Source: a bacterium
GTDB lineage: Bacteria > UBA8248
Assembly: GCA_965207065.1 (NCBI GenBank)
Contig: OZ242260.1
Coordinates: forward strand, 1,792,001-1,856,000
DNA length: 64,000 bases
Reading direction: 5' to 3'
A program made the translations under genes and the position numbers. This document shows, in pieces, positions 58,196 through 64,000 of the stretch (position 1 is the stretch's first letter; the number at the start of each line of letters is the position of its first letter). The notes beneath the pieces were generated by a model. The model was given only the letters and a program-made list of their open reading frames with translations, did not search any database and was not told where the DNA came from.

Positions 58196-58621
58196 TCAGT
58201 CGACAACCGCGATCGCGTTGACCTCCACGAGGCACCTGGGGTCGGTGGCGAGGCGCACGACCTGCAGCGTGGTGGAGGCGGGGCGATGCTCACCAAAATA
58301 CTCTTTTCGGATGCCCCCTGCCTCCTCGGCGCCCTCCATCGTCGTCGAGAAGAACTGGAAGAATACGATGTCCTGGAACGTGCCGCCCACGGCATCGAGG
58401 CTTTTCTTCAGGTTCTCGAGCGCCATGCGCGTCTGGGTGGGCAAGTCGCCTGGCAGCGTGTCGAACTCCTCGGGCCTGTGGGGATGGTGATGATAGGGCG
58501 GGGCCGCGGTGACCCCTGCGAAATAGACGGTCGTCCCGCCGCTCGCCTTGATGGCCATCGAGTAGGGTGTCCAGACGTCGAGCCTGTCGGGCCAATCCAC
58601 ACATTCGATTTGCTTCGGCAT
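58196..58621 (-). CDS. RidA/YjgF/UK114 family protein
   Basis: PYSMAI, VYFAG, QTRMALENL, RPAST, LVEVNAIA; AAGGAG RBS. Confidence 0.88.
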   Translation of the reverse strand: MPKQIECVDWPDRLDVWTPYSMAIKASGGTTVYFAGVTAAPPYHHHPHRPEEFDTLPGDLPTQTRMALENLKKSLDAVGGTFQDIVFFQFFSTTMEGAEEAGGIRKEYFGEHRPASTTLQVVRLATDPRCLVEVNAIAVVD

Positions 58622-58950
58622 CTTGGGTCTCCTTCAGGAAAAAAGTCGAAAGCCGGGCTTATTCGCGGCAATTAAAATCAGGTTAGAAAATCAATGCAAG
58701 TGGAGTGCTCCCTGATCTCGGATTTGCACTTGTCGAATCGATGATTCTATTTTGAATACAGGTCATTCGTCACCTTGCTCCCGGGATCGATTCTCCTTAA
58801 CCTGCAGATGGTGAAATACACACTGGATGACGATTCCCTCCGATTGAAGGCTTGCAGGTTCGGTTGAATTTCGTGCAGAACGTGATTTGAAAGGTGGTAG
58901 AGAGGGAAGTGCGGCTGGATATACGGTGTTGACTTTGGCGCAGAGGAGAA

Positions 58951-59352
58951 ATGAAGAAGATGGCGATTGTCGGCGCATTTCATCATGTCCATATGATCAG
59001 CAGGGATCCCGACAGGGTAGCCGATTGGTTCGAGCGCTTCTTCGGGAGTGAGATAGTGGCCGAGCAGTTTCCGGCCGGGGCGCGCAACCTCGTCCTCCGG
59101 GTGGGGGAAGGGACGCTCAGCGTGCGCACCCCCCGGCCCTCGGATGGACTCACGGAAGCGGACGGCCCTCGCCCCAAGGGGTACGGAATCCATCACTTCT
59201 GCTTCGTCGTAGATGACCTGCAAGGATTACTTGCGGACATGCGCGCCAACGGGGTGACGAATATCCAGGAGATGCCCGTCCACGTGAGCGGCAAGTTCGC
59301 CGCCTTCATCGAAGGCCCCGAAGAAATGCCCATCGAGCTCATTCAGGCCTGA
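58951..59352 (+). CDS. VOC (glyoxalase/bleomycin-resistance) family protein
   Basis: FHHVH, WFERFFG, GIHHFCFVVDDL, GPEEMPIELIQ. Confidence 0.85.
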   Translation: MKKMAIVGAFHHVHMISRDPDRVADWFERFFGSEIVAEQFPAGARNLVLRVGEGTLSVRTPRPSDGLTEADGPRPKGYGIHHFCFVVDDLQGLLADMRANGVTNIQEMPVHVSGKFAAFIEGPEEMPIELIQA

Positions 59353-59414
59353 CCCGGGCGGCCGGGAGTAAACGTTTCCGAAGACCGTCTCGCCCTGAGC
59401 TGTTTTTCGGGGCG

Positions 59415-60608
59415 CTATTCGGCCGGCAGGCCGGTGATGCGCGAGCTTATCTTGATCCGGAATATGTGGTTGTTCCCGGCGCCGTGGAGGAACGAGATTA
59501 CGTCGCGCAGGTATTTCTCGACGGGGCATTCGCGCATGTAGCCCACGCCGCCGTGCACCTCGAGCGCCAGGCGGCAGACATCATACGCCGCTTCCGAACA
59601 AACCACCTTGGTGAGCCACGACATTTTCGGGTCGTAGTCCTCGGCGTAATCCACCGCCCATGAGGTCCGCCAGAGGACGGAGCGCGCCATCTCCAGCTTC
59701 GTGTACATCTCCCCGATCATCTGGGCGACGGCCTGATGCCCCCCGATGGGTTTTCCGCCCTGCACCCTCTCCTGCGAGTAGCGCACGGCTTCTTCGAAGG
59801 CGGCCCGGCCCGAGCCGAGCACGGTCGCTCCGTAGCCGCCCCTTCCCCGCGCGATGCGGCTGGTGCGCAGCGACTCGGCCTGGCCCTCTTCTTCCCCGAG
59901 CCGGTTGCGGGCGGGGACCTCGGCGTTCTCGAAGACGAGCGTGGCGTTGCTCAGGAGGCGGCGGCCCATCTTGTCGTGGATCTGCCCGATGCTTAAGCCC
60001 GGCGTGTCCGCGGGGACGAGAAAAGGCGTCATGCCCTTCAAGCCCCCCTGCGTCCTGTCGGTGCGCGTGTAGACGATGTAGAGCTTTGCTGTTCCACCGT
60101 TGCTGATGAAGCGCTTGACGCCGCTCAGCCGGTAGACGTCGCCCTCGCGCTCGGCGCGCATCTGCACGCCTGCGCCGGGAGCAGCGTAGGGCAGGACGTG
60201 ATCCGTACCGGCGTCGGGCTCGGTGATGCACGTCGCCAGATGGAAGCGGTGATCCGAGACGAACGCCGGGAGGAAGCGTTCTTTCTGCTCGTCGTTCGTC
60301 CAGTGCTCGATGATGGGGGTGAACTTCCAGGTCTGATCGAAGGTGGCGGCCACGCCGAGATCACCCGCTCCGAGTTCCTCGCCAACGATGGAGAGGGTGA
60401 GCATGTCGGCTCCGCCGCCGCGCTCATCAGACAGCGCCAGCGTGCGGAGGCCGAGCTTGGAACCCTCCTCGACCACTTCGGTGGGGATGCAGTCCAGCGG
60501 GTCCGGGTTCCGGTCATACTCGGCGGCGATGGGTTTCACGTGGCGGTTGACGTAATCGCGCGCGAGTTGCTGCAGCGCCTTTTGTTCATCGGTCAGGGAA
60601 AAATCCAT
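59415..60608 (-). CDS. Acyl-CoA dehydrogenase-fold protein
   Basis: MDFSLTDEQ, TEPDAGTD, KRFISNG, RVQGGKPI, HGGVGYMRECPVEKYLRD. Confidence 0.88.
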   Translation of the reverse strand: MDFSLTDEQKALQQLARDYVNRHVKPIAAEYDRNPDPLDCIPTEVVEEGSKLGLRTLALSDERGGGADMLTLSIVGEELGAGDLGVAATFDQTWKFTPIIEHWTNDEQKERFLPAFVSDHRFHLATCITEPDAGTDHVLPYAAPGAGVQMRAEREGDVYRLSGVKRFISNGGTAKLYIVYTRTDRTQGGLKGMTPFLVPADTPGLSIGQIHDKMGRRLLSNATLVFENAEVPARNRLGEEEGQAESLRTSRIARGRGGYGATVLGSGRAAFEEAVRYSQERVQGGKPIGGHQAVAQMIGEMYTKLEMARSVLWRTSWAVDYAEDYDPKMSWLTKVVCSEAAYDVCRLALEVHGGVGYMRECPVEKYLRDVISFLHGAGNNHIFRIKISSRITGLPAE

Positions 60609-60617
60609 CGGCGCTCC

Positions 60618-61391
60618 TCAATCGTTTCCGGCGATGAAGCCTTCGCGCACCTTGGGCATTGTGACCGCGAGGTCGAGAATCGGCAGTCCGTGAGAGGGCG
60701 CGACGACGGCGACGTCGAGTTCTTCGATCAGTTCCTCCAGGCGGTCCGAATAGATGTTCATGTCGGCGAAACGCGTCCAGAACAGCGCCCGCTCGGCGAA
60801 CACGCCTAGGACTTCCGCCAGATCGAGTGAGTCGGCCTCTTCCGCGATCTTTCCGCAGTGGCCGTCCCAGTGGTAGTGGCTGTAGGCGAAGCCGTCCCCT
60901 GGAAAGAGGGCGCGCGCGCCGGTGTCGAACCCCCAGAGCGAAGTGCGCAAGTCGCGGATGACGGGCTCGACGGCGATGAAGCGCCTGTCGCCCAGGTCGA
61001 TCTCATCGCCGATCTCCATCTGCCGCATCCTGTCCGCATGCTCGGGGTAGGAGAGATGGTAGTCGCTCACGTCGCAGTGGACCGTCATCTCGGGATAGGC
61101 TTCGAGCAGCCTGCCCAGCCCGCCAGCGTGGGGCGTTTCCTGGTGGGAGAGGAACAGGTATTTGAGCGTGGAGCCGCGCTCGGCCAGAATTTCGCTCACC
61201 TGTTGTGAGACGACGGGGAAATCCCCCTGGTGGCCCGTTTCGACGAGTATCGAACCTTCAGAACCGATGAGGAGGAAGGCTGCGTTGTAGCTGTGGTAAA
61301 TCTTTCCCTTGTGGTGCTGTTCGTGGCAGATGCCGAGCCAGAAGATGCCGAGAGCGATTTCGCGCGGTAGGGGATTTTCGTGGGGGTTCAT
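60618..61391 (-). CDS. Metallo-beta-lactamase-fold protein (flavodiiron/ODP-like metal motif, no flavodoxin domain)
   Basis: LVETG, SHQETPHAGG, LFPGDGF, APSHG. Confidence 0.75.
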   Translation of the reverse strand: MNPHENPLPREIALGIFWLGICHEQHHKGKIYHSYNAAFLLIGSEGSILVETGHQGDFPVVSQQVSEILAERGSTLKYLFLSHQETPHAGGLGRLLEAYPEMTVHCDVSDYHLSYPEHADRMRQMEIGDEIDLGDRRFIAVEPVIRDLRTSLWGFDTGARALFPGDGFAYSHYHWDGHCGKIAEEADSLDLAEVLGVFAERALFWTRFADMNIYSDRLEELIEELDVAVVAPSHGLPILDLAVTMPKVREGFIAGND

Positions 61392-61393
61392 GA

Positions 61394-62284
61394 TTACCTT
61401 TCCATGTCGCGGGGAACGTAGCGCGGGTCGACGACGGAGCGGTCCAGATCGCGCAGCACCTCATCGAGCACCGAAAACTGGCGTTCGACCAGTTCGCGTC
61501 CCATGAGAATGGCCCCGTAGCCGGGGGCGAGATTTTCGATGTCGTATCTCTCGAAGACGTCGGCGATGCCTTTGCGGACATGCCCGGTATCGACGCCCTC
61601 GAGCCACCAGTAGCGCGTGTTCAGCAGGAACGAGCGTACGAACTCAGGTGTCGTCACGGAATCTTCCTCCACCGACCAGGGGCCTTCGGGGTCGTCTCCC
61701 CACACATGGCTGAACATGTCCGAAGAGAACAGGGTGCGGGTGGCTTCGTCGTAAATCCACATGGTGGTGATGAGGCGGATTGGCGCGTTGATGCCGCTGA
61801 TGACCCTGTTCTCGTTCCCCCCGACGCGGCATTCGAGCTCGTTTCCCAGCACTGTCGTCGGGAAGATCTGCTCCTCCTCGCTCTTGGGGCCGAATTTCTC
61901 CACGTCGAAGTCGAGCCAGAAGTCCATGTCGGGCCGCCGGGCGAAGCACTCCACGACGTTGAACTCGCGGGCGAGCGCGGCGGCGTTCCCGACGGACATG
62001 AACTCGTTGAGCCTGAGCGGGTAGATCGACAGCGGGGTGTCGGGCGCGATGATGGAGCCGATTTGCTCGAACAGGGATTGCTTGTGGCCGTTGTAGCCCG
62101 TGTCGAGCAGAATTGCTCCGTCATCCTCGCAAAGGAGATAGCAGTTGGACGGAGCGAAGCCCCTGGCGCTTTTGGGATAGGCGCTGATCCGCCCGTCGAG
62201 CTCGAAGACGTTGTGCAAGGCGTAGGCCTTGCCGCCGCCCAAATCCGTGACGCCGCTGTAGGACAACACGCCGCTGTCGGTCAT
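61394..62284 (-). CDS. Degenerate metallo-beta-lactamase-fold protein
   Basis: NCYLL, LLDTG, LFSSDMF, APGYG; the His ligand motif is replaced by RLNEFMSVGN. Confidence 0.65.
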   Translation of the reverse strand: MTDSGVLSYSGVTDLGGGKAYALHNVFELDGRISAYPKSARGFAPSNCYLLCEDDGAILLDTGYNGHKQSLFEQIGSIIAPDTPLSIYPLRLNEFMSVGNAAALAREFNVVECFARRPDMDFWLDFDVEKFGPKSEEEQIFPTTVLGNELECRVGGNENRVISGINAPIRLITTMWIYDEATRTLFSSDMFSHVWGDDPEGPWSVEEDSVTTPEFVRSFLLNTRYWWLEGVDTGHVRKGIADVFERYDIENLAPGYGAILMGRELVERQFSVLDEVLRDLDRSVVDPRYVPRDMER

Positions 62285-62370
62285 GGATGAATACCTCCGG
62301 TTATCCTTGAGCGGAACGCCGCCGCTGCTTCGCGCTCTTCGGGGTCCCTCTCACTTCGGGATTTTCATGG

Positions 62371-62396
62371 TGTCGACATTAAAGATGTCGACATTA
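62371..62396. promoter_or_regulatory. Candidate tandem operator in a divergent promoter region
   Basis: TGTCGACATTA repeated at 62371 and 62386, each containing the palindrome TGTCGACA. Confidence 0.5.
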
Positions 62397-62611
62397 GACA
62401 GGATTCGAAGGGTTTTTGCACCCCGATCCGCGCAAAAAACGCCGCCCGTCGTCGTGGGGTTTTCCTGGACGCCATGCGAAGCGGCCCACCTGAAAAACAA
62501 AAATTTGTATGTTCCATCGATAAATGGTATAAGCTTTAATACCTATCACCCACAGAAAGTGGGGGTTTCTTACCTGCCCCATCATACCCACCCCTTGAAG
62601 GAGGGAACACG

Positions 62612-63601
62612 ATGTTGAGCTTCAAACGCATACTCGTACTCGCAGCCGTTCTCATTTTATGGAGCGCTCCCGCGCTGGCAATGAAGTTCCCCTCCAAACC
62701 GATGGAGCTGATCTGCACGACCTCGCCTGGTTCGAGCGTGGCGGTCTGGTGCCAGCTTCTCGCCCAGGAGTTTCCAAAGGTGCTCGGCGTTCCCATGCGG
62801 GTGACCTTCAAGAGCGGCGGCTCGCAGCACGAGCCGGTTCTCTACGTTTCGGGCAAGCCCGCCGACGGACACATCATCATGCACATCAGCGCCAGCTTCT
62901 ACGGGTATTTCCACCTGCCGCACTACAGGAGGACTTACAACGACTTCCAGACGCTGGCCCAGGTCGAGAAGCACGTCTACGGCGTCGCGGTAAAGTGCAA
63001 CAACAAGTACGGCATCAAGACGTTCGAGGACCTCGTCGCCTACGCCAAGAAGAACCCCGGCAAACTGTCGATGGGCTCCAACAAGCGGGGCTCCACGCAC
63101 CACCGTCATCAGCTCGCCTTCCTGAAAGCCGCAGGCATCGGTGACAAAGTCAAGACGATCTTCTACCGTGGCGACGGCAACGTGGTGAAGGACGTACTCG
63201 GCGGCCATCTCCCCAGCGGGCAGGCTTCGCCGCGCACGTGGAGGCCGCATATCGAGGCGGGAACCATCTGCCCGCTCGTATCGCAGACCCATAAGCGCCT
63301 CTCGCACGACCCGATCTGGAAGAACGTCCGGAGCGCAGTGGAAGTCGGCCTCAAATACGACCTCCCGCTCCACTGGCAGGGCCTCATGGTCAAGCGGGGC
63401 ACGCCTCCGGCAATCATGAAAAAACTGGAGGAAGCCGTCTACAAGGTGACCAGCTCGCCCGACTACAAGAAGTATCTCGCCAATGGGACGCACATCGTCC
63501 TGGACGTCAAGACGGGCTCGGAGTGGCTCAACAAGGACATGGCGAAGAACCAGGCGGTCGTGAAACAATTCATGATCAACCACAATATCATCAAGAAATA
63601 G
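62612..63601 (+). CDS. Tripartite tricarboxylate transporter substrate-binding protein (TctC/Bug)
   Basis: Signal peptide, FPSKPMELI, PADGH, YAKKNPGKL, DVLGGH; GGAGG RBS. Confidence 0.85.
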   Translation: MLSFKRILVLAAVLILWSAPALAMKFPSKPMELICTTSPGSSVAVWCQLLAQEFPKVLGVPMRVTFKSGGSQHEPVLYVSGKPADGHIIMHISASFYGYFHLPHYRRTYNDFQTLAQVEKHVYGVAVKCNNKYGIKTFEDLVAYAKKNPGKLSMGSNKRGSTHHRHQLAFLKAAGIGDKVKTIFYRGDGNVVKDVLGGHLPSGQASPRTWRPHIEAGTICPLVSQTHKRLSHDPIWKNVRSAVEVGLKYDLPLHWQGLMVKRGTPPAIMKKLEEAVYKVTSSPDYKKYLANGTHIVLDVKTGSEWLNKDMAKNQAVVKQFMINHNIIKK

Positions 63602-63650
63602 AGGTTTTTGAACGGACGGCGGGAGGTTCCGCCGTCGATAAGGCGCGAAG

Positions 63651-64000
63651 ATGACGGAAGAAAAAGAAAATAGCGCGTCCACTCCCTATGAGTTGAAGGT
63701 TCCGATGAGGGCGGCGGTGTTGACCACCACCGCCCTCATCCTGGGGGGACTCGTTTATCTCTACTACGAAACCTATGCGATGCAACCTCCGTACGAGCCG
63801 GGGTATCCGGGTGACGCCTTTTTCCCCCGGCTGACCCTGGGTTTCTCGATTATCTGGGCGCTCATCGTCCTGGGGCGCGGGTTTTTCCTGCCCCCGGAGG
63901 CGCAGTCCGCAGGCGGCGAGGAGCCATACCTCCAGGCGCATTGGCTGGAGTTCGCCTCCATCGTCGTGTTCGTTTACCTCTACGCGGTTCTGCTCGAACC
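63651..64000 (+). CDS. TctB-like membrane subunit, 3'-truncated by the window end
   Basis: Open frame MTEEKENS...YPGDAFFPRLTLG...YAVLLEP with hydrophobic helices, downstream of TctC. Confidence 0.7.
   Translation, partial: MTEEKENSASTPYELKVPMRAAVLTTTALILGGLVYLYYETYAMQPPYEPGYPGDAFFPRLTLGFSIIWALIVLGRGFFLPPEAQSAGGEEPYLQAHWLEFASIVVFVYLYAVLLE

Noticed and set aside
63615-63636. Hairpin after tctC as a novel element
   Set aside because: Ordinary intra-operon stem-loop after a binding-protein gene; no T-tract and not repeated.

Overview
GC-rich bacterial chromosomal window with about 58 supportable CDSs. Housekeeping blocks: yebC-ruvCAB, kdsD, polA-metallophosphoesterase-rnr-smpB-ssrA (tmRNA, tag ADNELALAA) and ppk1-ppx. 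These alternate with many catabolic and transport genes: SDRs, 2-hydroxyacid dehydrogenases, amidohydrolases, three ACAD-fold proteins, a sulfatase, two Tct sets and a TAXI-TRAP system. Main points of interest: (1) a six-gene operon (10187-16261) joining a split B12-dependent acyl-CoA mutase with a remodelled active site, a family III CoA-transferase, a DxE HAD, a crotonase lacking both catalytic glutamates and a 3-sulfinopropanoyl-CoA desulfinase (AcdA)-like protein, a candidate undescribed organosulfur rearrangement pathway; (2) a ~930-bp integrase-less one-gene island (NYN RNase) flanked by a duplicated tmRNA 3' end and followed by HicB plus a truncated HicA; (3) nested palindromic REP/MITE-like elements, one carrying mirror-image 27-nt hairpins with compensatory substitutions; (4) tandem paralog arrays (bicupin pair, methyltransferase triplet, intact plus degenerate MBL-fold pair). 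All family calls come from motif recognition and remembered reference sequences; no database search was run.
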